The notes: generated from the sequence alone by a model not told the origin. DNA of 50,492 nt, filler included, from Catajapyx aquilonaris (GCA_000934665.2; 2 parts of 2 records of this genome joined end to end with filler, not necessarily neighbours in it), one strand, 5' to 3'. Shown: positions 36,420-49,762, counted from the whole stretch's first letter. A program made the numbers and translations.

Positions 36420-37557
36420 GTGAGATTTTCAGGTGCTAATGTAAGCCATTAGGATGCCTAAGCACTAGTGTATTTGCAGCACAGCGCATGGTCTAAGTGA
36501 TTTTACTGTAAATACCATATTCTCAACTTTAATTTTAATTTGGGGGCTTAACATTGGCCTATTTTTGCTGCGTTTCTGTATGTGTATGTTTTGTGATAGG
36601 TTGATGTTATTCTTAGGCTGTGGTTTTTGTGAAGTAATAAACCACCTGACAGTTACATGCACATGCTTTACAGTGGTGTGTAATTGGTTAAAAATATTTA
36701 TTGAATGTTGCCTCTACAGAGGGATACTCTGCAAGAGTTGATTGTCCCCAAGCGGGGCATAATGGCAATATCAGCCAAATCCCTATTCAAGCAGCTGCAC
36801 CATGTCATGGTTTAAGGCAGTGTTGAGCTTTTAGCCTCCTTTACTCGTTTCAGAATTTTTCTTGCTGACATGACATGTGCACAAATGGACAGTTTTCATG
36901 TTAATCTACAGTATATACAAATAAAATTTCACTCTTTGAAGGTAAATCCCATACAGAATCGAATGCCAATTTGATACCAGTACCACCACTTTTCTGTCCT
37001 ACCCAGTTGTCTACGAAAAGTGTCAGCTCCCTACACACGTGTTGTGCAGCCAAGAAACATTTAAAAAGAGTACTTACGTAAACCTCACCTTGGACAGTCA
37101 TTTGAATATGACTTCATTGACGTGAGTAATCCATCAGTGCCACATCACCACACATGGGGGGGGGGGGGGGGGNGGGGGGGGGGGGGACTGTCAACTTTGC
37201 CTGAACAACATCCTGTAAATGGGTGTCATGTTTTTATATTATTTTAAAACTAAGTTGATACTTCTTCATCCATCACTACCTCATCACAGGGAATGTGTTA
37301 CTGTTGTTGTATTTTGGTCACAGAATAGGCCAAGGGTTGCACTACCTGAAGAAAATGACATGTCTTATTTGTATGATGCATATTCTTTTGAAGTAATGCC
37401 TGTTAGGATAAAGAACCCTTAATTGTAACTTAAAACAATGATCTCCAGAGTATACCTACATTTTGGTGACTAAATTAATTAATCATGATAAGTAGGAGTC
37501 AGTGCTGCAAGTCGCCAGCTTTTTTTAGTCTCATTTTTTTTTGAGCAGCTGATGAAT

Positions 37558-37843
37558 GACTACATTTACATGGGACTAAAAATCGGCCAAGCCTAGGCCA
37601 CCTAAGCAAGGCGAAACAGTTGACTCCTATGTAGCCGTTGGGCCTACATAGGACCAGCTTGGGCTGAGCCCACTACAAGGCTCAGCCCAAACCTTTTGGA
37701 TTGAGTCGTCTATGCTAGGCCGTTAGCATTGATTTGTTGAGGAGACAGCCTGGGATGGAGGATTTGATTCAGAGTAGGCTACCTTTCCAGCAATTACGCA
37801 CAGGCCTTAGGGCTCTGAGAATGAGTCCCATGTAGACATAGTC
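37558..37843. mobile_element. Harbinger-like MITE (degenerate)
   Basis: GACTACATTTACATGGGACT ... AGTCCCATGTAGACATAGTC terminal inverted repeats; internal palindrome TTGGGCTGAGCC...GGCTCAGCCCAA. Confidence 0.65.
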
Positions 37844-38291
37844 TATGATACTTAATTTGTGCAAAGCAAGGTGGTAGTTCAGGGTTCTACAGGAGTAGCC
37901 TATTCTGCGAGCAAGTCAAAATCCAATTTAATGTACCCAATTCACACCATTTCTATACAACTCAGATATTTACCTGGGAATGGCAACCAGGATGGATCTG
38001 CTGCACATTTACAATCGTGCAGAAATTATTAATATTGGAATGTTTAATTTTATTTTGAGCAGTCAATTATACCAGTTGTTAAGTTGACATATCCCAGGTT
38101 AGGAGGGGAGAAAAGCAATTAAAGTTACCTTTTTGGCCCCAAAGGATGAGTTTTAGCATATTTTTGTCACACATGACCAACATTTTAAATGCAGAAAACT
38201 ATTGTGGAATGAAGTTATCTCTTTATTCTGTGGTGTTGCACTGTACTTTGCATTTAGGTTATCTTGTAATGAAAAATTCTCTTATCTTTAG

Positions 38292-38399
38292 ATGATGAGG
38301 TTGGACCTGACAGAAGATGACATGAAGAGGGAACATCAGAAGCAGTTAGCAAAGAGGAGAACTGCTGCAGAAAATTCTAAAAAGGACAAGGCAAGGTAG
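38292..38399 (+). CDS. TBC1D10A: TBC1D10-family RabGAP, last coding exon
   Basis: tctttag|MMRLDLTEDDMKREHQKQLAKRR...DKAR TAG; matches the family post-TBC 'l.vte..ierEh..Ql' helix; phase 0. Confidence 0.88.
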   Translation: MMRLDLTEDDMKREHQKQLAKRRTAAENSKKDKAR

Positions 38400-40942
38400 T
38401 ACACCACCACCATATATCCATGACGAAGACGAGGTGGGAGAAGAGGAATGTATCTGTGCCAAACCCTGCTTGCTCAGCGCCTGTCAGCTAGGGTTGTACA
38501 TATAGGATGATCATGTAAAGTGCCTTTTTTTTCCTCCACTCACCATGTGCAGCATTTTCCCTTTGTTCAACAATTTATTTAAGGAATGAGGATCTGCATC
38601 TTCATTCTTCCTATGCAACAGCACTGTCTTAAGACTGGCGTTCTTGCACTAACATTCCTCCCACTATACACAACAGTTTATCATGATGTAGGCCCATTTC
38701 TTTATTAGTTGTCATTTATGCCTCATGTGAATAGAAGCGGGTCACTGTTGCCTTAACTACTTACAGTTACTATGCATCATGTAATTGCAATATTGCACCC
38801 ATTAAATGGACTCTTTGGAAGAAAAGAAGTCCACACAATATTTTTATCTGCAGAAAGATTTCAATATGTGCACCAGCATGATGCATATATCATTTCAGGT
38901 ATTTTCTCTAGTGTGGATGTGATGACACATTCATTCTGTGGGCTAAGTTTAATTCTAAGAAACATGAAGGCAGAACTAATGGGGGAAGCAGGTTTGAGTG
39001 GACCAATAGGGCAGGACAGGTCTCCATTTATACAGATAAGACCACAGATTATTTTTATTTCCCTCTAGAGAGATGTACATGTGTACAGCAAAGAGATATG
39101 ACACAATATGTACAGTACTACATAAGCACTGTATATTCCTCCTCGATGGGCTGGAATTGAGGAGGTGCAATATTATTTACAGGAAACCATTTTTTCCCCA
39201 TTCCTGACACATGCTGTGCTGAAATCTTGGAGGTAGCTGTTTATTTGTGTAGTGTGGAAGCTGGGTTTTGTAACAATATGGAGGTATTTTGGGACAGCAG
39301 TAAAATTGAAAATTGAAATGGATGGAAGCATATCTTTTCTTTCCATTTCCTGGTTGAGTTTTAGGATGCCTTTGATTCATTGAGAATTGACTTAGATTGG
39401 TGTAATTTTTAAATATTTTACTCCCATTTGGAGGATCAGCAAGACCTTATCCTCCTACATCTTGTTATTGACAGGTAAAGGACAAAAGTGAATTTGAAGT
39501 TTGCTTCTGGAGTGGATGTAGATAAGTTATGGCTGTTTTGGTTGCAGTAGGTTTGACTTTTGATGTGATCCACCAGAAGCACAAAGAGTGGAATTGACGT
39601 GCTCAATTTTTATTGCCCTTTTAAAAATAAAATCGACAAGTTTTGGAACCTTTGCCAACGGCTGCATCTGCTGGTATGTGTGATCTGGTGTGTGTAATAT
39701 GACTGGGAATGGTCAATTTGTGTTTGTTGATGGGAAATTGATATTTTTCTGATGAATGAAAATCCAATGAAAAGCCATGTGAAACTTGCAATATTCTGTG
39801 AGAAAAACCTGAGCTTTTCCAAGTACTTTTATTTTTTCGCTGCCATGTGAGGAAATTTTTGTGTAGCAGTGTAATTGATGTCATGAGGAAATATCACATA
39901 GCTGGACCAGGTTGTTTTGCATCAGAATTGGATTGCTTTTTATCATCGTGCTGGTAAGTGTAATGGGTGACATCAAAGGAGTAGGTTATTAGTTTCTTAC
40001 ATGTATTGTAAAATCTTGGGTGCTTATTTGGCCTTCAAGCAAAGGTGCTAATTAAGAAACCTGGAGAAATCACATTGCTTCACAATGGTATGAGGTACTT
40101 GGAACGATGCTTCAATTATGTTTCCTTTTAGTATATTTTTTTATGTAATGAGTGTTGATTACTATTTGGGATAGATCGTGCCTTCTGCATTGTAAATTTT
40201 TAAAACCGTTGAGTGCATGTAGGTCCTACTGATGAGAATGCTATGAAGAACATGTTCAGGAAATGTTGAGATGCAGAACTTTGATACCGTGATTCAGGTT
40301 TCACAAGGGAGGAATCATATGATGATTACACAAGTACTGCTTTGAAGTGTTGCATGACTGAAAAATCTGCTGGTTAGGTAATGTGTGAAAACCTGATATA
40401 TGCAGTACCATCAGATTTTGTTGTAAGATAATATGCAGGCAAAAACTAGAAATGAATTTTTAATTAAAGTTTAATTAAAGATATTTATTGTAATATGAAA
40501 TGTTTGAAAGCCTTACCAGTGATCATTTTAGATAGCAGGCAATATTTTGTTGGATTACATCATGAAGAGATGTGTAGGTGATATTGGCAGATAGAGAACC
40601 ATGTGGGTAGATAATAAATGTCAGTTTCACTGCAGACATAGCAAATAGGGTACATGAATGTTATTCTGTGGGGTCATTGCTTTTCTACCAGATATTAGCA
40701 ATAGTTCTTGTGTAGTAAAATAAGGTATGTAAACTGCCATATTTTATGGCATGTCCAACCAGATATGACATCCATTGCATAACTTGGTGGAAAAAGTTGG
40801 CCTTCGGGGCACCTTGATGAAGGCCATTTTTTGTTATTTGTTACGGCAAACACAGGAGCCACGCAGGTAGTTGGATGTTCATTGCATGTCTGTACTTGCA
40901 ATTGCAGGAGCTACATATTTTCTTCCTTGCAGTTTGTAAACC

Positions 40943-41683
40943 ATGGCAAATAGTTTGGAAGTAGGTGTACTTGACCCAAAGGATTTGGAAGAATCTCTCA
41001 GGAAGTACTTCAAGGATGACACTCTCAAGGTGACAAGTATTCATACCACACCCTCTACAATGAAAGGAGAAAATTTTACAACAAAGGTGGACTTTCTGGA
41101 CGTGGATGTTGAAAGGGGGTTGGCAGGAAATATGACAGATTCACTTAAAATATTTGTGAAAAAGGCGATCAAGAATGGAATGTTTTCCATGATGCTGAAA
41201 GAAACTCGTATCTATGAGAAGGAAGCGTCATTCTTCAATGAAGTATTGCCTGCATTACGCCAAGTGTGTGTGAATTCTGACTTGAAGCTTGATTTTTCAC
41301 CTCCCTGCTACATAGCAAGTGATCAAGTAGTTGCCATGGAAAATCTTGTTGCCTCCAAGGGCTGCCAGATGTTTCCACGTTCTGTCACAGGTCAGGATAT
41401 GGCCCATGTTGAGAAGGCTTTGGAGGCACTGTCCACGTTGCATGCAGCTTCATTTGCTCTCAAGAGGCAGTGGGAAGATCCTCAGGTGCACTTACCCTTC
41501 TTAAAGGATACGATGGTGACTGACAAAGAGGGTCCATCTCTAATTGCTACACTTTTCCTGCCTTGTTTCACGAGTGTTGCACGATTGTTGGAGGAGGAAG
41601 GAAAATTTTCAAGTGCAGTGGATGTTCTTCAGAAAGTCGGACCTTGCCTTGATGACATCTACAGGGACACCATTAAAAATGAG
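40943..41683 (+). CDS. Ecdysteroid kinase-like (EcKL / CHK, DUF227) protein, coding exon 1
   Basis: accATGg; KGENFTT, IFVKK, YEKEASFFNEVLP, PPCY, VAMENL, LSTLHAAS motifs typical of EcKL; donor GAG|gtgaaa, phase 0. Confidence 0.9.
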
Positions 41684-42390
41684 GTGAAATGATTATAATT
41701 TTTTTCTTGCATTTTCCCGGGACTGCTATTAGCCCCAACAATTATCTTAAACAAGCATCCTTTTCCACCCCAATCTGCAAATAACCAGGCTGAACAAATG
41801 CTGATGAAGTACGAGTACTATTGGCACAGAAATGGTCCAAACACTTGGCTGCCGCCAGAGTGCACTACCCCCAAGTGTCCGGACCATTTCCGTACCAATA
41901 GTACATTTTTCCATTAATCTGTAACCAAGGGCAAGAAAATGCACTTTTGAGAATGAGGTTTAAGAAGTCGAAAAGTCAAAATCTGAATTTGGTACGATTA
42001 CCAAAATAATAATAAAAATACGAGAGAGGCTGAGGATCAGTGTGTTATAAAAAATGCGAATGACCCAAGTCTGTGAAACAAGAGTGCTGATTATATTCTT
42101 TTATCATGGAACAGTTGAGTAATGAATATATTTCTGAGCTGATTCATGCCATTTACCACTATACCTTATTTTTACCCGCATATTTTGACATCCTAAGGGT
42201 ATCTGCAAACATGTGGTGTCACATTCTCTCTCACTTACATCACTGTTTTACTTACAATGTGTCCTGACATTACACATCACCTAGAAAAGTTGCATTATCA
42301 TACTGCTTTCATAATATTTCAGGATGGTTTAATTTACAATGAAATGTTACATAAATGGTAACTTTTTTCTTAATGAATTTTAAATTCCAG

Positions 42391-42945
42391 GAACCATTTA
42401 ATGTAATCTGCCACGCAGATTGCTGGAACAACAACATGCTTTTCCACTACTCCCCGGATGATAAGGAGCACAAGAGACCTTTGAAAGTGACGCTGGTTGA
42501 CTTCCAGGTGATGCGCTGGGCGCCTCTAACTGCAGACCTTCTCTACTACCTATTCACCAGCACCAGCATACAGTTTCGCCAGAAACACATGCGCCAAGTC
42601 CTCAGTTTTTACTATGACAACCTGAGCAAGTCACTGAGAAAAGTTGGAATCCAGCAGCCTCCTTTTACCTTGGACCAGTTGGAAACCAAATTTTCACAGA
42701 ACAGGCTCTTTGGATTGATATCAGGCATTGGAATCCTGACAGCAAATCTGACACCAAAAGAAATAATGCCTGACTTTGTAGAGGAACTTGGGGAGATGCC
42801 TGATATGGAGGAGGAGTTTCTGAAAATTATGAAGAAAGCATCAAAAGCGTGCAAGGATGGGAGTGCTCCATGTGACATCCTGGCTCAGTTTGCTGAAGAC
42901 TTCAAAGCTGATATGCAGATTTACTTCGGAAGGAAAGGTGACTAA
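42391..42945 (+). CDS. EcKL / CHK kinase-like protein, coding exon 2
   Basis: ccag|EPFNVICHADCWNNNMLFHY...LVDFQ...DLLYYLFTS; Brenner HxDxxxNN and DFQ motifs; TAA stop. Confidence 0.93.
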   Translation, partial: EPFNVICHADCWNNNMLFHYSPDDKEHKRPLKVTLVDFQVMRWAPLTADLLYYLFTSTSIQFRQKHMRQVLSFYYDNLSKSLRKVGIQQPPFTLDQLETKFSQNRLFGLISGIGILTANLTPKEIMPDFVEELGEMPDMEEEFLKIMKKASKACKDGSAPCDILAQFAEDFKADMQIYFGRKGD

Positions 42946-43076
42946 AGACCTGTAATGCCAAAGAATGCAAGTATTATGACATGCATCTGGTTTTCACTTA
43001 TTACAGTGAAACCTGTCTATAACACTTAACAGAGTTGCTCCATTCCACAAAAACATTATGTACTGAATGAGTTATT

Positions 43077-43231
43077 GGGGCTGTGCAGACGGGCCGGCCT
43101 TGGCCGCTGCTGGCCGCGGCCCTGGCCAACTTCCAGGAAGTTGGCCTACTTTGTAAGCCGTGGCCTGGCCGTGGCTTGCCAGGTGTGAACCGTCGCGGCC
43201 GCGGCTGGGCTTGGCCCGTCTGCACGGCCCC
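43077..43231. mobile_element. GC-rich MITE of PIF/Harbinger-related type with 3-bp ATT TSD
   Basis: ATT|GGGGCTGTGCAGACGGGCC ... GGCCCGTCTGCACGGCCCC|ATT; interior rich in GGCC. Confidence 0.85.
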
Positions 43232-43475
43232 ATTGTCATGTATGTCATGTATGACAAAAGTACACAAAAAAACCTCTATCACAACAAATCAATACCAGAA
43301 AGCTTTTGCTTCGTCTAGGGCTTGTTGTAGACAGATTTCCTTCCATTAATCATTTGCAAAATAGTCCCAAGCACTCAAAACCAAAGTAATATGCTATGTT
43401 GTTAATTACCACACAAATGACTAGTTTATAAACTCTGTTGGCCTTCGGCCTGTTCAAACTCTTGTGACCCTGAGT

Positions 43476-43824
43476 CAGCCCCCAGTCACTCCCTACACCT
43501 GTACATTGCTACCCCCGTGAGCTTAGCTGATCTCCCCCACCGAGAGGGGTTGGCCACAGTTGGTGCTAGAGTCAAGTGCCAAGATGGTTGCGCCTTACCT
43601 AGCGGGCAACTCTGAACCATTATGGGCGACTGTGACTGGCTGGGGTAGTATAGGAGGCCTTTACTACCCCAGCCAATCGGAGTCGACCATAATGGTTCAG
43701 AGTTGGTCTCCAGGTAAGGCGCAACCAACTTGGCACTTGACTCTAGCCCCAACCATGGCTAATCCCCCTCAGTGGGAGAGATCAAGTAAGCTCACGCAAA
43801 AAGAGGGAGAGTGACTGGGGGCTG
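43476..43824. mobile_element. Fully palindromic hAT-type MITE
   Basis: CAGCCCCCAGTCACTC ... GAGTGACTGGGGGCTG with 8-bp TSD CCCTGAGT at 43468-43475 and 43825-43832; arms pair almost to the centre near 43655. Confidence 0.92.
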
Positions 43825-45498
43825 CCCTGAGTAGTCCTTATTTTCTCTTGACCTGTCCCTTCTTGTCCTGAAGAAATCCCCAAGCCAATAGGCATAAGTT
43901 CTGAGAACATGTACAAACTTTCTCCCCTACTTGCTCTTGTTGTGTTTACCACACTGTAGAGTTTGTGAATTAATCTGGGCTGGTTGCATGTTCAATATCG
44001 AGGGTGAAAGTTCAGAAGGGATATATTGAACATATTGCGTAGATTCTTCACGTAACCTGGCTATCTGGGAGAGAGAAAAAAAGCTTTGTGCCTTATTTGG
44101 CCAGACCATCAAATGGTGATGGGATACATAAGAAATCTGAGATTGTATTTTACACTCACACAGCTTTTATACAATGTGCCCTTATTGGTACATGCACTAA
44201 TACAAATTGGGATATGTATGTACTACAGTATATTAGTATAGTATAGGCCATAGGGTGTGTTTTAGTTTCATAAATAATGTCTTCAAATATATTCACTTAC
44301 TGTTAGTTTGATAAATTTTAATGTTGATCAAGTAGAACTGCTTCATTTTAAATTGAGTTTTTTTTCCCAACATAAATATTATTTGACAGAAAGTCCCTTA
44401 ATTTCACCTAATGCTGATCATTAAAGCTCAGTTGTGCCACATGTTGCACACACCACTGAATATTGCTTGTGAACCAAGCATATAACCTTGTTCTTAAATA
44501 TTGGCAAAGATTAACTGACCTTGTGTCCACCAGGCACTGATGATAGCCCTGTCTTATTGCCTGCTCACTTGTTTACATGGGGCTGTATTCAGAGTCAACA
44601 ACAAGAGTTTAGTGCAGTGCTTTAAACCACATGACTCAGTTCACTAAGGAAGTGTATGTTTATGTTTTTACATAGAAAGATTGTACGATGCTTCATGTGA
44701 CCTGACCAGTCACCAGAGGGTGCATTGTATCGGTCAAATGAGATGGCCAGATGCTCATACCGGGTCATCACTAGCTACCCCTATACTGTTAGTGGGATCG
44801 ATGCCGTGATGAATTGTATGTTTGTATTAACTGCACAGTTACCTTAATACTTGCCTTAATATCAAGATGATATATCATCTATTAACTATAGATATTAAAG
44901 GCTCTAATATCTATGCTATTGACAACAATAATAAATAACACTATGCAACAAAATTTGACTTTTTTTTGCCCATGGAAATTCATCATCATATTCGTGTTCC
45001 TTAGGTCCACAAGTGACTCATAATGGGCATTCATTTTGCCTTTGATTTGTTTTTGACCTCAGGGCAGTCAAAAAACCAAAATCCTCAAATATGGCATACT
45101 GGGGGTCTCAGCATTATTGGGTGAAAACTTGACATAAAAGTAAAGCAACACCTACAGCATACGGTCAGCAGGTCAGGTCAGTATTAGCTCCATCAAATCC
45201 ATTAGGTTCTTGTAACTAGTCTACAAGTAGTTCAGCACAATCACTTCATTAACATATGATTGCAAGTAATCAAACTAACACAAGTCCAGCTGTTATTCAT
45301 TATTTTTATTGCTAGTTCACACCTACACCGCAGAATTTTAAAATAATGCGTGAAATAATGAACAAGGAACCAGTTTCAAAGTACAGACAAATGTTACTTA
45401 ATATGTTACTTACTCAATTATTACAATTTATTTTAGCACAGGTTTGTGCATTGAAACTGATTACAAGGTGGTACCTGAAAGTAACTTATGAAAAACAT

Positions 45499-46578
45499 TT
45501 AATTTTTGAGCCAACCAAAACGCTTTCTGAGAGGTGCATCTTCAGGTAGTCCACTCACCCATTTCTCAACCCCTAAAACGATAGCAGAAAAAGTAACCAA
45601 AAGTGCTCCCAAGACACTCCATGAGCTGATCTCATCATCAAATAACAGCCACTGCCATACAAATGCAAACACAACATCAACACTTATCATAATTGCCACA
45701 GGTCCAGCCTCCTCCCTCTTCAATGCCAGTGTCAGGAATACCTGTGCAAAAAATCCCAGTGGACCCAAACACACTGTTAGCAGGCGGTCTTGTCCACAAG
45801 CAGGTAAACAAATCCTGGTACCATCAGCTACCAGTGTGGTCAATCCAGTAATTGCAGCCGAGACTGCACTTAGGTAAAGGAGAACAACTTCAGTTTGAAT
45901 GCTCTTCTTAACCTTCCGAAGTACAATGTAAATGCCAGCTGACATGGATGTACCAGTGATGGCAGCCAAGAGTCCTTTCCAGTTAGACACCATATCTGAA
46001 GATGTGGGTTCAAAGAGGAATGCAGGTTTTGCAATTAAGACCAATCCTCCAGTGGTGAGAATTACACAGATTATGTTGTGTGTGCTACACATCTCCTTCA
46101 GAAAGATTCTGGCAAGTACCAGCACAAATATGGGTGTGCTGAAAATTATGACAGAGGCATCTGCAAGTGGCATGTTTTGATAGGCATAGTATTTGAACAT
46201 GAGGCTTATAGAACCAATTGCACCACGAAAGACCAGCAATGATATGTTTCCTTTGGGAAATGTATGCTCATAAATAGGGCTATCGACATTGGATATGAAC
46301 ATGGGGACAGTCAGAAGGAGCATACCAATGTATCGATAAGTAGCAACTTGGAATGTACCTATAACATTAACTTTCTTCACAATAGCTGATTGTAGTGTGT
46401 TGAGAAAGCCATACATAACAGCGAAGAGCAGGCCAATGTATCTCTGCTTCCCATCTTCTTTTTTATTCCTTGTGGCAGTGAGTACAGTTGAGGATATTGG
46501 TTTCCAGGAGGCACCGTTCTCCTGACATTGTGACATGGGCCTCATTTCCATGATGCTGGATCTCATATTTAGATCCAT
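45499..46578 (-). CDS. SLC35G1: SLC35G1-like EamA/DMT-family membrane transporter (single coding exon, 359 aa)
   Basis: About 10 hydrophobic segments; LLVFRGAIG...YYAYQNMPLADASVIIFSTPIFVLVLARIFLKE and LTLALKREEAGPVAI...DVVFAFVWQ motifs. Confidence 0.92.
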   Translation of the reverse strand: MDLNMRSSIMEMRPMSQCQENGASWKPISSTVLTATRNKKEDGKQRYIGLLFAVMYGFLNTLQSAIVKKVNVIGTFQVATYRYIGMLLLTVPMFISNVDSPIYEHTFPKGNISLLVFRGAIGSISLMFKYYAYQNMPLADASVIIFSTPIFVLVLARIFLKEMCSTHNIICVILTTGGLVLIAKPAFLFEPTSSDMVSNWKGLLAAITGTSMSAGIYIVLRKVKKSIQTEVVLLYLSAVSAAITGLTTLVADGTRICLPACGQDRLLTVCLGPLGFFAQVFLTLALKREEAGPVAIMISVDVVFAFVWQWLLFDDEISSWSVLGALLVTFSAIVLGVEKWVSGLPEDAPLRKRFGWLKN

Positions 46579-49500
46579 AATGTTGCCATGTATTGCCTTG
46601 TGGGTTGTTGCTTATGTCCCAGACCTAGAGCTAGAGGGTATACATTGTGATATCCTCAAAGTAAGTACGACATGGCCATATTTCAGAAAGAAAAAAAATC
46701 AACATAGCCATATGTAATAGTGTATAATTATCTACCACTGTCCACTGAACACAAACAACATGTTGATTGAAGCATTTTTCGAACTGTGACACCAGAATTT
46801 GCAAGCCTGTGTTGAGCGCTCTAGTCGCCAAGCTTTTGGGTACTACAGCTTCTTACTTGTTGTAGAGATGTCACAACATGTCACTGTCACTAATCTTGAT
46901 AGGTCTGGAAGTACCATGATCTAGACTGCATGGACTGGACAATGATCAGTGCTCAAAGATGATAATTATGCAGGGTTTATACAAATTGGTAGCCGAAAAT
47001 ATGCACCAGCATCTGGCTATGTTGAGTTTTGTGGGAAACCCACTTTTAAAACTATGGCCAAATGTTACTTGCTTTTGGAATGCAGTAATTTAATACTTCT
47101 ACTTGCCATGGACTGTTCTCTATGAATGATAGAATAAATTTATTAGTGAATATAGCTGCACAAGTTAATAGTATTCCTGTACAGCCAAGATATAACAATA
47201 ATAACTTGGACAACTTAGTCACATCAGTGAGAAGACTACAAACAAGTAAATCGTGTAATATTTCAGTATGCATATGGACTCAACAAGAAAGATACATAAT
47301 TGGTGATTCTTACCATATTATGATTTGGTATATTAGGCACTTTCTCAAGCACACCATGCCAATGTGTATTGTCAGCAAACAATGCAGGTATAATCCACAG
47401 GAGCATAGGTGAACACAATGAGTTTATGGAGGTGATACATTTTATGCGCAGCTGCTCAGACAGCTGTCATTGTCAAATGTCATCATAGTAGGCTTGTGCG
47501 AGGCCTACATATGCACATCTGGTGACATAGCGTCATATTGTGGTTTGTCAAGTTACTACCAAATGTTTCCATGTTAAGAATGTACAAGACATTCATGATT
47601 TCGTTTTTTTTTTAACCGGATCGCTGGTGTGCCTTTGAGGAAAAGACAGTATGTACCGTGGACCAATATACAAGTAATTTCAAAGGAATGACATGTTCAA
47701 CAGAGATGATGAACAAGGTCAATAAAAATAACAACTCAGAATCGGTACCATAAAACAGAGTGAATGTAGGGGCAAAAAGTTACACAAATGTTAAAATTTT
47801 TAGAAATTGAAAGATGTAAAAATAGGTTTTTGCAGAAGACAAGGAAATCCTTCTCTTTGCAGAGAATTGTTGTTTAAAAATTATTTTTGTATAGACATGA
47901 TGAGAATCAGTCAGTTGTTTTATACCCCCCTCGCCTGGGGGGCGGGGGCGGACCTTTATAGGGGTCGAGCAGAGAGAGGGGCTCAGGAGAAAGGCAGTTG
48001 TAATCCGAGCCCACTCCAGAGAGGATCTACTGTAATAAACCTGTTTTGTGAACCATGTGTTTTCCTTACTTGTAGCCGGACACCTATGATTGGCATAACG
48101 TGTAACAAACGTAAAATTAATAAAATTCAAAGGTACAATTTAAACTCTTTAATATGCTCTGAAATTTTAACATTACAACATACCATATCACAATGGCTGA
48201 TACTATATCACATAGACTCAACATTTCTCACTTTTAACAAGAACCCTCCTTCACGGTAGAAATAATTTTAATGATTACAATAACCCAAAACAGGATGCCA
48301 AATCACATTTGTGGATTTAATTTCTAGGCATAATTAACTGGTTTTATTTGTGCAGTCATAAAGGACAGATATTATTTTCTACCCTGGCCAGCAGAAATTG
48401 AAGTCAAACAATAATTTTTGTGGCAGACGGGAAAACTATCTGTGACGGAAAAAAAAAAAATCTTGGCAAGAATGAGGTAAACCCCACGGAAGACATGTAA
48501 ACTGTGGGTCTGGATTCACTTGTGAGCTGTTACCCAGCAATTCCTGTTTTGGCGAAATATATCTGAAGAGTATGATTATACTGTAGTGAACTGCATGTTC
48601 ATTGTATAATGAATATAATGTCATATCTCATGAGAATATGAAGATGTGAGCCAATAGCAATACCCTTGCATTTCATGAAGAGACACTGCCTTTACAGCAA
48701 ATTGGTGAATGCTGTGCAATATCCTATCTCCAATCTTCCAATCTTCCAATCTTAGGACCAATTTCCATCATACAAAATAATCAGAATTATTTTGCTTTTA
48801 GCAGTATGTTAATCAATCTGAATATTGTGAACTTTTGTATGGCTACTACCATTGAGTTTGAAAAAGGTGCCACATGCCAAATAAGATGATAAATAAAATC
48901 ATAATAGCATTAATAGGCTTCTTTGCAAACACATTAATTTTGAAAGGATTATACTGTGGCTAGTCATATTGCAAATTAACACCTGGGATAACTGAACATT
49001 ATCGCTCATGATATACAGTAGTAGGAAAATACACATAGTCACATGTGTCAAAAATGACCTACTGGTACCTCACCTAGGTGTTGTATCCCATATCATATGT
49101 GGGTTAAACAGTCTTGACATACTAACATACCTTGACCAGCAACAAGGATAACTTAACTGTACGTTCATTACTAAAATATTTTCTCATAAATGCTTAATTA
49201 CTTTTCCATATGAGAATTTGCAATAAGGAGAAAATTATTAATAATACTGGAGGACACTTTCCAGGACCATGCTCTCACCACTTGGCACCCTTGAGAGATT
49301 CACACACACTGGTCCAAAACCATCTTGTGCCATGATCAATATTGCCCACTGAGCACTCCCTGTTGTACAGAAAAGCCAACCTTGAAATGTTCACTGATGG
49401 CACTGAGGGTTAACCAGTAATCCCAGGGTTTCATGTGAATCTCTTGTTGATGCAACTAACCTTATGGAGAATCACACAAGAGTCAAGAGAATGATGTCAA

Positions 49501-49586
49501 GTGAACTATCACAAACATCAAAGAATAATGGAGCAGTTATGCGTAATAAATTACTTCACCTATAATAATAAGGTAGAGAGTATTTA

Positions 49587-49762
49587 CAGTAAAACCTCGA
49601 TATAACGCTCCCGCATATAACGCTTTCCCTAGCTGTTAAAGCCCCTTTTTTCCAGTCCCTTGATCATTTCTGTAAGGTAAATTTTCCCGCATATAATGCT
49701 ATCCTGCCTATAACACTGCTTTTGGGTGGACCCTTGAAGAGTGTCATATCAAGGTTTTACTG
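49587..49762. mobile_element. Short Tigger/pogo-like MITE
   Basis: TA|CAGTAAAACCTCGATATAAC ... GTCATATCAAGGTTTTACTG|TA. Confidence 0.88.

Noticed and set aside
45506..46180. Plus-strand ORFs overlapping SLC35G (also 50067-50384)
   Set aside because: Antisense shadows of a hydrophobic coding sequence; their mutual similarity follows from the paralogy.
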